From: an uncultured Gammaproteobacteria bacterium
Lineage (GTDB): Bacteria > Patescibacteriota > Patescibacteriia > Magasanikbacterales > UBA922
DNA length: 64,000 nucleotides
Direction of reading: 5' to 3'
NCBI GenBank assembly: GCA_964592785.1
Contig: CAZQHU010000001.1
Span: 45,687-109,686 of the forward strand
Every line of letters begins with the position of its first letter. The stretch's first letter is position 1. The notes beneath the pieces were generated by a model. The model was not told where the DNA came from. It saw only the letters and a program-made list of their open reading frames with translations, and did not search any database. Shown piece after piece: positions 1 to 9,389 of this stretch. A program made the translations under genes and the position numbers.

Positions 1-422
1 GTCAAGATGAAGTAATTTATAAAAATTTGTTTGGTGCCGGACTTTTGCAAGTTGATAAAGCTGTGGAATATGCCTGGGAACGGCGGATTGATGAAAGTTA
101 TTTGCAGTTATTGGAAAAAGATACGCCTGCCAGCAATACTCTGGTTGTTGATATAAATGACGATGGTAAAGAAGAATCAATTATTGCCAAAGATGGACAA
201 ATAATTATTTATGATTCTTTAGGCAATTTACAAAGGAAATTTTTAGCTTTTGATAATCCAGAAAAATTAAATTTGATTTTAATGGCTTTGGATTTTGATC
301 GTGATGGTAAACAGGATTTGGCAGTCTATGCCCGCGGGAGTAATTTGCCAATAAGAATTTGGAATTATAAAATTAAAAAAATTTGGGAACACCAACCAAA
401 TGTAAGTCAATTTAAAAAATAA
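1..422 (+). CDS. C-terminal part of a probable S8 peptidase with FG-GAP/VCBS-like repeats (5' truncated by window)
   Basis: FGAGLLQVDKAV resembles the subtilase C-terminal motif; followed by DINDDGKEE and DFDRDGKQDLAV repeats. Confidence 0.5.
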   Translation, partial: QDEVIYKNLFGAGLLQVDKAVEYAWERRIDESYLQLLEKDTPASNTLVVDINDDGKEESIIAKDGQIIIYDSLGNLQRKFLAFDNPEKLNLILMALDFDRDGKQDLAVYARGSNLPIRIWNYKIKKIWEHQPNVSQFKK

Positions 423-463
423 GGTTTGCACCCCTACTGCTTGTCGTGGTATAATTAAATCCT

Positions 464-1492
464 ATGTTGCAATCAAGGCCGATTTTTGAAAAGAAAAATG
501 TTTTGGTAACCGGTGGTGCCGGGTTTTTGGGCTCGCATCTATGTGAGAGGCTTTTGCGTGAGGCCAAAGTTATTTGTGTGGATGATTTGTCCAATTCTAC
601 TATCCAAAATATTGATCATCTTTTACAATACCCTGATTTTGAGTTTATTAAATTGGATGTAAATAAGCCGATTGATTTGGAGCAGTTTGATGAATTAGAC
701 AAGTTCAAACTCAAATTTCAAGGTATTCAGGAAATATATCATCTAGCTTGTCCGACCAATATTAAAAATTTTACTGATTTAAAATTACATTCTTTGTGGG
801 CCAATTCTGCGGCTATGCTCTATACCTTGGATTTGGCAGTCAAGTACAAAGCCAAATATGTTTTTGCTTCTAGTTCAGTAGTTTACGGACCGAGTACTCC
901 AGCCAAGAAAATTTTTAAAGAAGAAGACAATGGACTTGTTGATCAACTTTCACCACGAGCTTGTTATGATGAGGGCAAGAGATTTGCCGAGACCTGTGTG
1001 GCCACTTACAAACAAGTTTTTGGTGTAGATGCCAAAATCGCCAGAGTTTTTACCACTTATGGACCAAGAATGAAATTGCGTGATGGTCTTTTGATCCCGG
1101 ATTTTATTATTGATGCTCTAGAAGGTAGGGATTTGGTTATTTATGGTGGGGAAGATATGGAGACCTCGCTTTGTTATGTTTTGGATATGGTTGATGGTTT
1201 GATTCGCCTCATGAAGACTGGTCCAGAAGTGGAATTGGTGAATCTTGGTGGTGATGAATTATTTAATATCAGCAAGGTGGCACAAAAAATTATAGAAATG
1301 ACCAATTCCAATTCGCGCATTACTTTTGCGGATCCTCTGTTGTTTTTGACTGCCAAGGGTATGCCGGATTTGGTTCGTGCCAAGGATCAATTATCTTGGT
1401 TACCTTTGGTAAACTTGGAAGACGGTTTACGCAAGACTATTGATTATACCATTGCCAAAAAAGAAATGTTTGAGTTCAATCATAATAAATAA
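464..1492 (+). CDS. NAD-dependent epimerase/dehydratase, UDP-glucuronate decarboxylase-like
   Basis: VTGGAGFLGSHL, IYHLACP, CYDEGKRFAET, TYGPRM. Confidence 0.9.
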   Translation: MLQSRPIFEKKNVLVTGGAGFLGSHLCERLLREAKVICVDDLSNSTIQNIDHLLQYPDFEFIKLDVNKPIDLEQFDELDKFKLKFQGIQEIYHLACPTNIKNFTDLKLHSLWANSAAMLYTLDLAVKYKAKYVFASSSVVYGPSTPAKKIFKEEDNGLVDQLSPRACYDEGKRFAETCVATYKQVFGVDAKIARVFTTYGPRMKLRDGLLIPDFIIDALEGRDLVIYGGEDMETSLCYVLDMVDGLIRLMKTGPEVELVNLGGDELFNISKVAQKIIEMTNSNSRITFADPLLFLTAKGMPDLVRAKDQLSWLPLVNLEDGLRKTIDYTIAKKEMFEFNHNK

Positions 1493-1494
1493 TT

Positions 1495-2154
1495 ATGTTT
1501 TTGGCTATAGTACCAGCTTTTAATGAAGAAAAAACCATTGGTTCCGTAGTGCGGGACCTTTTTAGTCTTGTAGATCAGGTGGTGGTAGTGGATGATCGTT
1601 CTTCCGATAGGACAGCTCAAGTGGCCAAAGAAAATGGAGCAATTGTTTTACAACATAAAATAAATCGCGGTCAGGGTGCAGCTTTGGAAACTGGGCATGA
1701 ATATGCTCGTCAATCGGAAGCAGATTTTGTATTACATTTTGATGCTGATGGACAGTTTGATCCAAATGATATTTTGCCAGCTTGGGAAAAATTGAAACAA
1801 GAGCAGGCTGATTTACTTTTGGGTTCCAGATTTTTGGATGGGCGTTCTCAATTACCTTGGACTAAAAAGTTTTTATTTTTGCCTTTGGGTCGTTTGATTC
1901 AGCAGCTGTTTTTTGGTATTAAAAATAGTGACGCGCATAATGGTTTTAGAATTTTGAATAAAAAAGCTTTGCAAAAAATAAAAATTACTCAAGACCGAAT
2001 GGCTCATGCCACAGAAATTATTATTTTGGCTCAAAAAAATAATTTAAAAATCATTGAATTTCCTGTTAAAGTAATTTATCATCGCTATGGTCAAGGTTTG
2101 GGTGGTGGCCTCAAAATTTTACAGGATTTGTTCACTGGTAAATTTTTAGATTAG
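1495..2154 (+). CDS. GT2 glycosyltransferase (DPM1-like)
   Basis: VPAFNEE, VVDDRSSD, NRGQGAA, FDADGQF. Confidence 0.9.
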   Translation: MFLAIVPAFNEEKTIGSVVRDLFSLVDQVVVVDDRSSDRTAQVAKENGAIVLQHKINRGQGAALETGHEYARQSEADFVLHFDADGQFDPNDILPAWEKLKQEQADLLLGSRFLDGRSQLPWTKKFLFLPLGRLIQQLFFGIKNSDAHNGFRILNKKALQKIKITQDRMAHATEIIILAQKNNLKIIEFPVKVIYHRYGQGLGGGLKILQDLFTGKFLD

Positions 2155-2157
2155 GAT

Positions 2158-2745
2158 ATGGAATTAGGAGCTGCACAAAAAATATTTGACCAATTATTTT
2201 CCGAAGTCAATGGTTTTCAACTGTCTTATTCTTTACAAAATTTAGAAAATAATGAAGATATTAGAAATCGAGATTTAACTTATGGCGAGATTGATTTTCA
2301 AGGCTTTTTTAAAATTTTATTAGATGTTCCTGGTATTCAGGAACGAAAGGTCTTTTATGATTTGGGTTCTGGAGTTGGCAAAGCTGTAGTGGCTGCAGCT
2401 TTACTGGGTGCTTTTGAAGAAGTGGTGGGAGTGGAAATTTTGCCAGGTTTGCACCGAGAAGCAGTCAAGGTTTCTGAATTTTTACCCACAGTAAATTCCC
2501 AGATTACTTTTTTACAAAAAAATTTTTTGGAGGTAGATTTAAGTCGGGCTGATCTGGTCTATACTCATTCCACTTGTTTTTCCAAAGATCTAATGTGTGC
2601 TATGGAAAAAACTTTTGAAAGTTTGCCTGCGGGGGCGATTGTCTTGACGGTTTCCCAATCTTTGCCTAAAATGGAGATAATAAAGACAGGTAAATACCCT
2701 TTTAGTTGGGGAGAGGGGACGGTTTATTTTCATTTAAAATCTTAA
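2158..2745 (+). CDS. Class I SAM methyltransferase (DOT1-like)
   Basis: LTYGEI, FYDLGSGVGK, GVEI. Confidence 0.8.
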   Translation: MELGAAQKIFDQLFSEVNGFQLSYSLQNLENNEDIRNRDLTYGEIDFQGFFKILLDVPGIQERKVFYDLGSGVGKAVVAAALLGAFEEVVGVEILPGLHREAVKVSEFLPTVNSQITFLQKNFLEVDLSRADLVYTHSTCFSKDLMCAMEKTFESLPAGAIVLTVSQSLPKMEIIKTGKYPFSWGEGTVYFHLKS

Positions 2746-2752
2746 AACCAAA

Positions 2753-2835
2753 TTCCTCCCCCTATAAGGGGGAGGTAGGAGGGGTTTGCCAATTTGTGCA
2801 ACCCCACCCTAACCCTCCCCTTGTAGGGGAGGGAA
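2753..2835. repeat. Intergenic palindromic doublet (CCCC..AAGGGG family)
   Basis: ttcctcccccTATAaggggGAGGTAGGAGGGG ... CCCCACCCTAACCCTCCCCttgtaggggagggaa inverted pair. Confidence 0.75.
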
Positions 2836-2844
2836 GAAAAAAAT

Positions 2845-3180
2845 ATGCTTTTAATTTTTCAAATTTTATTTTCATTGTTTGTTTTGACTGCTTTTTTTTC
2901 TGTACTCAAAAAACGTCAAGAAGGATTATTGGGACCCAAAGGATCTTGGTTTTGGTTTTTATTCTGGTTGGTAGCAGGAGTGGCTGTCTGGTGGCCAGAC
3001 AGTACAGTTATTTTGGCCAATGCTTTGGGGATTGGTCGAGGATCTGATTTGGTGTTATATGTGGCAATGATAGTGTTATTTTATTTGGTATTTAAATTAC
3101 ATATAAAATTGGAGAGTGTAGGAAGAGATATTACCAAAGTAGTCAGGGATAAGGCTATCAAAGATATAGAAAAATTATGA
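2845..3180 (+). CDS. DUF2304 family membrane protein
   Basis: Three TM segments, LGIGRGSDL motif, ITKVVR tail, GT2 neighbour. Confidence 0.8.
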   Translation: MLLIFQILFSLFVLTAFFSVLKKRQEGLLGPKGSWFWFLFWLVAGVAVWWPDSTVILANALGIGRGSDLVLYVAMIVLFYLVFKLHIKLESVGRDITKVVRDKAIKDIEKL

Positions 3181-4367
3181 AAATAGCTCACATTGTCTGC
3201 ACTTATCCTCCCTACTATGGCGGTATGGGTAATGTTGTTTTCAATTTGGCCAATGAATTATCTACCCTGGGTCATGAAGTGGAAGTTTTGACTCCCGGAT
3301 TTTATGAAAATAAAGAAATTAGAGATCGAGAAGTAGAACCAGTAAAAAATCATGTGCCTGAATTGACTGAACAAATTGATTATGTCACTCGTTTGACTCC
3401 TCGAATTCAATATGGTAATGCCGCTTATTTGCCTCAAATTCAAAATGAGTTGGATCGTTTTGATTTAGTTCATTTACATTATCCTTTTTTTGGTACAGCC
3501 AATTTGGTGCGACGTTGGAAAAAAAAGCATCCAGAAAAACCCTTGGTGATTACTTACCACATGGATACTCGTTCACCTGGTTGGAAAGGATTATTTTTTA
3601 AATATTATGCCAAATTTTGGCTACCAAAAATTTTATCCACCGCTGACAAATTATTGGTAAGTTCTTTTGATTATTTGGAAAATTCTGATGCCGCCGAACT
3701 TTTTGCTCGCACTCGAGCCAAATGGGAAGAATTGCCACTCGGGGTAGATACGGAAAGATTTTTTCCTGCTGATCCTTTGGTTGAATTGGTTAGAGAAATA
3801 AATTTAGATTTACAATTACCAACAGTTTTGTTTGTAGGTGGTATGGATGCGGCGCACTATTTCAAAGGAGTAAATATTCTTTTACAAGCTTTGTATATTT
3901 TGAAAAGGAATAATACCCCAGTTCAAGCAGTATTAGTAGGAGAAGGGGAATTGCGCACAGTTTTTGAAGAAAGATCGAGATTGATGGGTTTGACAGATTT
4001 GGTGCATTTCGTGGGTAAGGTGAGTGAAGAAAAATTGCCGGAGTATTATCATTTGGCCAATTTGTTGGTTTTGCCTTCACTCAATCGTGGTGAGGCCTTT
4101 GGCATGGTGATCTTGGAGGCCTTTGCTTCGGGTGTGCCCGTGGTAGCTAGCGATTTGCCGGGTGTGCGAGCAGTGGCGGGTTCTGGTGGAGTTCTGGTGC
4201 CTGCCGGTAAGCCAGAAGAATTGGCGGAAGCGATTTATGGTTATTTTGATGATTTGGATTTAGTAAGAACTATGCCAGAGAAAGTGCGGCTTTTATCAGA
4301 AGAAGTTTATGCTTGGCCCCGTATTGCCAAAAAATTGGATAATATTTATCAACAGCTTGCGCAATAG
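3177..4367 (+). CDS. GT4 glycosyltransferase
   Basis: YPPYYGG, KGVNILL, EAFGMVILEAFASGVPVV. Confidence 0.9.
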   Translation: MKIAHIVCTYPPYYGGMGNVVFNLANELSTLGHEVEVLTPGFYENKEIRDREVEPVKNHVPELTEQIDYVTRLTPRIQYGNAAYLPQIQNELDRFDLVHLHYPFFGTANLVRRWKKKHPEKPLVITYHMDTRSPGWKGLFFKYYAKFWLPKILSTADKLLVSSFDYLENSDAAELFARTRAKWEELPLGVDTERFFPADPLVELVREINLDLQLPTVLFVGGMDAAHYFKGVNILLQALYILKRNNTPVQAVLVGEGELRTVFEERSRLMGLTDLVHFVGKVSEEKLPEYYHLANLLVLPSLNRGEAFGMVILEAFASGVPVVASDLPGVRAVAGSGGVLVPAGKPEELAEAIYGYFDDLDLVRTMPEKVRLLSEEVYAWPRIAKKLDNIYQQLAQ

Positions 4368-4432
4368 ATGCCAATTTGGTATTATATCAAAAGTTAAATT
4401 TTTAATTTTTAAAATTAGTTTAATTAATCTCT

Positions 4433-5185
4433 ATGGAAGAAAACAAAAAAAGTTTTTTTGAAAATCTTTCCAAAGCACAAGCTTTTGTCTTTGGAATAGT
4501 AGGGGCTTTTTTGGTGCTTTGTACCATTGGCTTTTTTATTTTGTTGGGGATAATATTTGGTGGTAATGCCAAATCTTCCGGTTCTGAAAGTTTGGTTGAA
4601 GCCAGCGGTAATGCTAAAAAATTTAATCAATGCTTGGATGAGGGAAAATATGCTAGCATCGTAACTTCAGATATGAATTTGGGTACTAGTTTGGGAGTTC
4701 AGGGTACACCGGCTACTTTTATCAATGGTTATCTTATTTCCGGGGCTTTTCCTTATACTATCGTCAAACAAGTTTTGGATGATGTTTTGGCTGGTAAAGA
4801 TCCAACCAAAAGCTGGGATACTGCTAACTATGGCGAACTTACTAAAGTCAACATGCCAGAACTTGAAGACGTTCTCTGGTATGGTAATGACAAGGCCAAA
4901 GTTTCTATAGTGGAATTCAGTGATTTTGAATGCCCGTATTGTAATCGCTTTTATGATACTATGGAACAGATTTTATCTGAATATAAAGATAAAATAAGAT
5001 TTACTTATCGTCATTTTCCATTATCATTCCATCCACAAGCACAAAAAGCAGCAGAAGCTTTTGAATGCGCCAAAGAGCAAGGCAAAGCTTGGGAAATGTA
5101 TGATGCTCTATTTGATCAAGCCAAAGCTAGCACTTTGAGTGTAAACAATTTCAAGAAGGCAGCTGATGAGATTGGGTTGAAGTGA
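4433..5185 (+). CDS. Membrane-anchored DsbA-family oxidoreductase, circularly permuted
   Basis: TM, then GVQGTPATFING BEFORE EFSDFECPYC..RHFPL. Confidence 0.8.
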   Translation: MEENKKSFFENLSKAQAFVFGIVGAFLVLCTIGFFILLGIIFGGNAKSSGSESLVEASGNAKKFNQCLDEGKYASIVTSDMNLGTSLGVQGTPATFINGYLISGAFPYTIVKQVLDDVLAGKDPTKSWDTANYGELTKVNMPELEDVLWYGNDKAKVSIVEFSDFECPYCNRFYDTMEQILSEYKDKIRFTYRHFPLSFHPQAQKAAEAFECAKEQGKAWEMYDALFDQAKASTLSVNNFKKAADEIGLK

Positions 5186-5198
5186 GGAAACAGGAATT

Positions 5199-5588
5199 GT
5201 GAATCAAGGAATAAGGAGAATAAAAAGTTTTACTGATTTGGATGCATGGAAAGAAGGACATAAATTGGTTTTGGAAATATATAGGACTACTAAAAATTTT
5301 CCTAAAGAAGAAATTTTTGTGTTGACAAATCAAATGAGACGTTGTGTCGTGTCAATTACTTCAAATATAGCCGAAGGTTTTAGTAGACAGTCTTATAAGG
5401 AAAAAATACAGTTTTATTCAATATCCTTAGGATCAATTACTGAGTTACAGAACCAACTTTTGATAGCTAGAGATATCAGTTATATTAATGAAGAGTCTTT
5501 TCAAGAAATTGCTCAGCAAGCGGTTAAAGTACATAAAATTACTAATGGATTGATTAAAGCTTCAAAAACCATTATTCATAATTCCTAA
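5199..5588 (+). CDS. Four-helix-bundle protein (23S IVS protein/Avd-like family)
   Basis: FTDLDAWK, FPKEE..LTNQMRR..SITSNIAEG, GSITELQNQL. Confidence 0.9.
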   Translation: MNQGIRRIKSFTDLDAWKEGHKLVLEIYRTTKNFPKEEIFVLTNQMRRCVVSITSNIAEGFSRQSYKEKIQFYSISLGSITELQNQLLIARDISYINEESFQEIAQQAVKVHKITNGLIKASKTIIHNS

Positions 5589-5608
5589 TTCTTAATTCAT
5601 CAAATGCT

Positions 5609-5923
5609 ATGGGTAAGTTTAAAAAAGGCCTTTTTCTCGGTGGTCTTTTGGGAGCAGGACTTATGTGGCTCTCTACCACCAAGAAAGGTAAAGAAGTACG
5701 TGAACAAATGTTGGATCATGCCGCTGAAATTTATGTAAAGTTAAAAGAAGAAGTAATTAATTCTCCACAATACACAGATTTAACCAAGAATAAATATGTG
5801 CAATTAGTGAGAGAATATGTGGATAAATATGCCATTCAAAATGGGCTGGCTGAGAATGTGAAGAATATGGTGGTGAAAGTTTTGAACGCCCAATGGGATA
5901 AATTGAGAGAAGAAATAAAGTAA
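5609..5923 (+). CDS. YtxH-like protein
   Basis: GLFLGGLLGAGL..KKGKEVRE. Confidence 0.7.
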   Translation: MGKFKKGLFLGGLLGAGLMWLSTTKKGKEVREQMLDHAAEIYVKLKEEVINSPQYTDLTKNKYVQLVREYVDKYAIQNGLAENVKNMVVKVLNAQWDKLREEIK

Positions 5924-5925
5924 GT

Positions 5926-6033
5926 AAAAACCCCCCAGGCTTCGCCCTTCGGGCTACGCCTGGCAAGCTAATATTATTATTAACATATCATACTAGCTTG
6001 CCAGGCGTAACGAAGTGAAGCCTGGGGGTTTTT
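5926..6033. repeat. REPIN-like inverted doublet downstream of tRNA-Pro, probably also a bidirectional terminator
   Basis: ccaggcTTCG..CTACgcctggCAAGcta / tagCTTGccaggcGTAA..TGAAgcctgg with flanking A/T tracts. Confidence 0.75.
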
Positions 6034-6035
6034 AT

Positions 6036-6111
6036 TGGTCGGGCTAGGCAGACTTGAACTGCCGACCTCATCGTCCCGAACGATGCGCGCTACCAACTGC
6101 GCTATAGCCCG
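6036..6111 (-). tRNA. tRNA-Pro(CGG)
   Basis: Cloverleaf CGGGCTA..CATCG TT CGG GA CGATG..GGCAG TTCAAGT CTGCC TAGCCCG A CCA. Confidence 0.95.
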
Positions 6112-6209
6112 AGGTTAGCAGATAATGTACTCCTATTTAGAAGAAAAATCAAGCATTGAGCTTGATTTTTAAATGTGGTAAAATATAGAGGTAAATTTTA
6201 AGAAAAATT

Positions 6210-7244
6210 ATGAAAACATTGAAATCATATTTTGAGGAGGCCATAAAAAATCAAGCTTCAGATTTGCATCTGGTGGCAGGTGAAAAACCCATGTTGCGTG
6301 TGCATGGTGAATTACAAGATATTGAAGATAAAACACTTCCCAATAAAGAATTGGAGGCGGCCATTTTGGGACTTTTGACAGCTGAACAAAAAAAGCGTTT
6401 TACAGAAGAATTGGAATTGGATTTTGGTTATGAATACGATGGAGTAAGGTTTAGAGTAAATTTACATCAACAAGAAGGACAAATTGGTTTGTCAGCCCGT
6501 TTGATTCCTGAAACTATACCCACACCAGAAGAATTGCGTTTTGAACCAACACTTTTAAACTTTACCAAATTGATGGATGGGTTGGTCTTGGTGGTGGGTC
6601 CCACTGGCCATGGTAAATCTACCACTTTGGCCAGTATGATAGAAGAGATAAATAAAAGCAGGAAAACTCATATTATTACGGTGGAAGATCCAATTGAATT
6701 TATTTTTGAAGATAAAGAAAGTCTTATTGAACAGCGAGAAATAGGTGTGGATACCAAATCTTTTGCCAATGCTTTGAAACATGTTTTGCGCCAGGACCCC
6801 AATGTAATTTTAGTAGGGGAAATGAGAGATCCAGAAACAATTGCCACTGTTTTGACTGCGGCAGAGACAGGACACTTGGTTTTTTCCACTCTTCACACTT
6901 CTAGTGCGGCTGAAGCAGTAGAACGTATAGTAGATGTTTTTGAAGGTTCCAAACAAAAACAGATTCTAATTCAGTTATCTTCAGTATTGAGGGGGATAGT
7001 GGCTCAGCAGTTATTACCAGGCAAAGATGGCAAAAGAGTAGCTGCTAGAGAAATTTTGATAAACACGCCGGCTGCTGCAAATCTTATTCGTGAGAATAAT
7101 ATCGCCCAGATTTCCAGCGCTATACAAACCGGGGCAAAAGATGGAATGGTCAGTATGGAAAATTCTTTAAAAGCATTGGTAAAAGAAGGTCTTATTGAAG
7201 AAGAAGTGGCTGAAAGAAGAACTGGTAGACAAAAAAGAATTTAA
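6210..7244 (+). CDS. pilT: Type IV pilus retraction ATPase PilT/PilU
   Basis: ASDLHL, GPTGHGKST, EDPIE, LRQDPNVILVGEMRD, GHLVFSTLH. Confidence 0.92.
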   Translation: MKTLKSYFEEAIKNQASDLHLVAGEKPMLRVHGELQDIEDKTLPNKELEAAILGLLTAEQKKRFTEELELDFGYEYDGVRFRVNLHQQEGQIGLSARLIPETIPTPEELRFEPTLLNFTKLMDGLVLVVGPTGHGKSTTLASMIEEINKSRKTHIITVEDPIEFIFEDKESLIEQREIGVDTKSFANALKHVLRQDPNVILVGEMRDPETIATVLTAAETGHLVFSTLHTSSAAEAVERIVDVFEGSKQKQILIQLSSVLRGIVAQQLLPGKDGKRVAAREILINTPAAANLIRENNIAQISSAIQTGAKDGMVSMENSLKALVKEGLIEEEVAERRTGRQKRI

Positions 7245-7251
7245 TTTACTT

Positions 7252-9030
7252 GTGTCTTATTTGAGAGCAAAAAATGGTGACAAATTTAAACCGATAGGCC
7301 ATGATCCTCGTTTACGGCTGTTTTTGTTAATCTTTTTTTTGTTGACCGTCATCATTTGTGGTAGATTGGTGATTTTAATGTTTTTTCAACATGATTTTTA
7401 TTTAGCCATGGCAGCAGGAAACCATGATTTTTATGATTTACTTCATCCCAAACGTGGAGAGGTATTTGTTCAGGATACTCGTACTGGTGAAGAATTTCCT
7501 TTGGCTATGAATAAAGATTATTTTTTACTTTATGCTGACACCAGGGCGATTGAGAATGATGAAACTGCTGAAAAAACAGCAGAAAAGTTATCAGAAATTT
7601 TGCAATATGATGATGAAAAAAAATTGACGCTTTATTTACAACTTAATAAGCGGACAGATCCTTATGAACCAATTGAAAATAAATTGGAGCAAGATTTAGT
7701 AGATAAAATTAAGGAATTATCTTTACCAGGTATAAATTTTATTCGTCAATCTCATCGCTATTACCCCGAAGACGAGTTGGCATCTTCAGTTATCGGTTTT
7801 TTGGGAAAGGATGAACAAGGTAATGACATTGGCCGATATGGTGTAGAAGGTTACTGGCAAAAAGAATTGGCCGGTAAAGGTGGTTTTTTGGCTGGAGCCA
7901 AGACCGCTGGTGGCGGTTTGGTGGCTTTGTCGGATTGGTCTATTGATAAGGCTGAAAATGGTGCCGATCTGGTGCTTACGATTGATAGAACTTTGCAATA
8001 TAAAGCTTGTGAAATTTTACGACAAGGAAAAGAAAAGTTTGGGGCTGTTTCTGCTTCTTTGGTAATGCTCAATCCGCAGACTGGTGCGATTTTGGCTATG
8101 TGTTCTTTGCCGGATTTTGATCCTAATAATTATGGTTTTGTTTCTTCAACTGCTAATTATAATAATAGTACAATTTTTACTCCTTATGAACCAGGTTCGG
8201 TTTTCAAGCCAATTACCATGGTGGCAGCGCTTAATGAAGAACTGATTAAACCAACAACTACTTTTGTGGATACAGGGGAAAGAGCCGGCATTTGTCATAA
8301 GCCAATTAAAAACGCGGCAGGTAAAATTTATGGTTCGCAAGATATGAACGGAGTTTTGGAAAATTCTATCAATACCGGGATGGTTTTTGTGGCAGAAAAA
8401 TTGGGAAAGAAAAAATTTGTGGAATATGTGGAAAATTTTGGTTTTGGGGTAAGGGAGGGGATAGAATTGGACACAGAAGTTACTGGTAATATCAGTACGC
8501 TTTATGAAAAAAAGGGTGACAATATAGATTGTTACGCAGCTACTGCTTCTTTTGGGCAAGGTATTACAGCCACACCTTTGCAATTGGCTATGGCTTATGG
8601 AGCGATTGCCAATGGTGGTAAATTACTAAAACCTTATATTGTAGAAGAGATTCGTTATAGTAGTGGTAAAATAGAAAAAATTAAACCCCAGGAAATCAGA
8701 CAAATTTTGGATAATAGATCAACTGTTTTATTGCGAGCTATGCTCGTGAATGTAGTAGATCATGGTCATGCCAAATTGGCCGGAGTTAAAGGTTATTATA
8801 TTGGTGGTAAAACTGGTACAGCTCAAATCCCTGGTCTAGGCGGTTATAGTTTAGATACCAACCACAGTTTTGTTGGTATAGCGCCGATTGATGATCCAAA
8901 ATTTGTGATGGTGGTCAAGTTTGAAAAACCGCAGATGGAGTGGGCTGAATCTACAGCTAGCCCGGTATTTGGTGAGATTGCCAAATTTGCTTTGCAATAT
9001 TATAAAATACCCCCAAGCCGTGAGGATTGA
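7252..9030 (+). CDS. Class B penicillin-binding protein (FtsI/PBP2); start uncertain (GTG 7252)
   Basis: N-terminal TM, PKRG, EPGSVFK (SxxK), SIN (SxN), KTGTAQ. Confidence 0.9.
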   Translation: MSYLRAKNGDKFKPIGHDPRLRLFLLIFFLLTVIICGRLVILMFFQHDFYLAMAAGNHDFYDLLHPKRGEVFVQDTRTGEEFPLAMNKDYFLLYADTRAIENDETAEKTAEKLSEILQYDDEKKLTLYLQLNKRTDPYEPIENKLEQDLVDKIKELSLPGINFIRQSHRYYPEDELASSVIGFLGKDEQGNDIGRYGVEGYWQKELAGKGGFLAGAKTAGGGLVALSDWSIDKAENGADLVLTIDRTLQYKACEILRQGKEKFGAVSASLVMLNPQTGAILAMCSLPDFDPNNYGFVSSTANYNNSTIFTPYEPGSVFKPITMVAALNEELIKPTTTFVDTGERAGICHKPIKNAAGKIYGSQDMNGVLENSINTGMVFVAEKLGKKKFVEYVENFGFGVREGIELDTEVTGNISTLYEKKGDNIDCYAATASFGQGITATPLQLAMAYGAIANGGKLLKPYIVEEIRYSSGKIEKIKPQEIRQILDNRSTVLLRAMLVNVVDHGHAKLAGVKGYYIGGKTGTAQIPGLGGYSLDTNHSFVGIAPIDDPKFVMVVKFEKPQMEWAESTASPVFGEIAKFALQYYKIPPSRED

Positions 9031-9118
9031 CAAAATAATATTTTTATAATATAATTTTTACACTTTGGTTGTCGTTTCCGGCTTCACTAACGTTACGCCG
9101 GGCAAGTCAATTATTTAA

Positions 9119-9389
9119 GGCCCGTTCGTCCCACCTCCGCTAAAGCTACGGCGGGCAGGCTAGTGGCTAGTCCCGATTTTGGCTTCGCGATCAAAATCGA
9201 AGATCCTCGATTCAGCTCGGAGCCGAATCGGGAGACACATGGTTCCCCGCCTGCATGCCGTCATCGTCTAATGGTTAGGACGCCAGGTTCTCATCCTGGT
9301 AATCGGGGTTCGATTCCCCGTGGCGGTACAAGAATTACGGCGGGCAGGTCATCCATGCAACAAGGGTTCAATTTCCTTACGGGCTACCA
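9119..9389 (+). tRNA. Interrupted tRNA-Glu (reconstructed anticodon CTC); exons 9119-9129, 9160-9170, 9234-9245, 9349-9389; may be a pseudo-tRNA
   Basis: Joined exons give a 75-nt cloverleaf: GGCCCGT TC GTCT AGTGGCTA GGAC A CATGG TTCTCAT CCATG CAAC AAGGG TTCAATT TCCTT ACGGGCT A CCA. Confidence 0.8.
9257..9328 (+). tRNA. tRNA-Glu(CTC), intact, nested in the anticodon insertion of the interrupted tRNA
   Basis: GCCGTCA TC GTCT AATGGTTA GGAC G CCAGG TT CTC AT CCTGG TAAT CGGGG TTCGATT CCCCG TGGCGGT A. Confidence 0.93.

Noticed and set aside
5199-5588. Diversity-generating retroelement (Avd-like gene)
   Set aside because: No reverse transcriptase and no TR/VR pair seen in the window
9130-9348. 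Group I/II or archaeal BHB introns in the tRNA
   Set aside because: Inserts are 30-103 nt, lack ribozyme cores, and I could not draw convincing bulge-helix-bulge motifs
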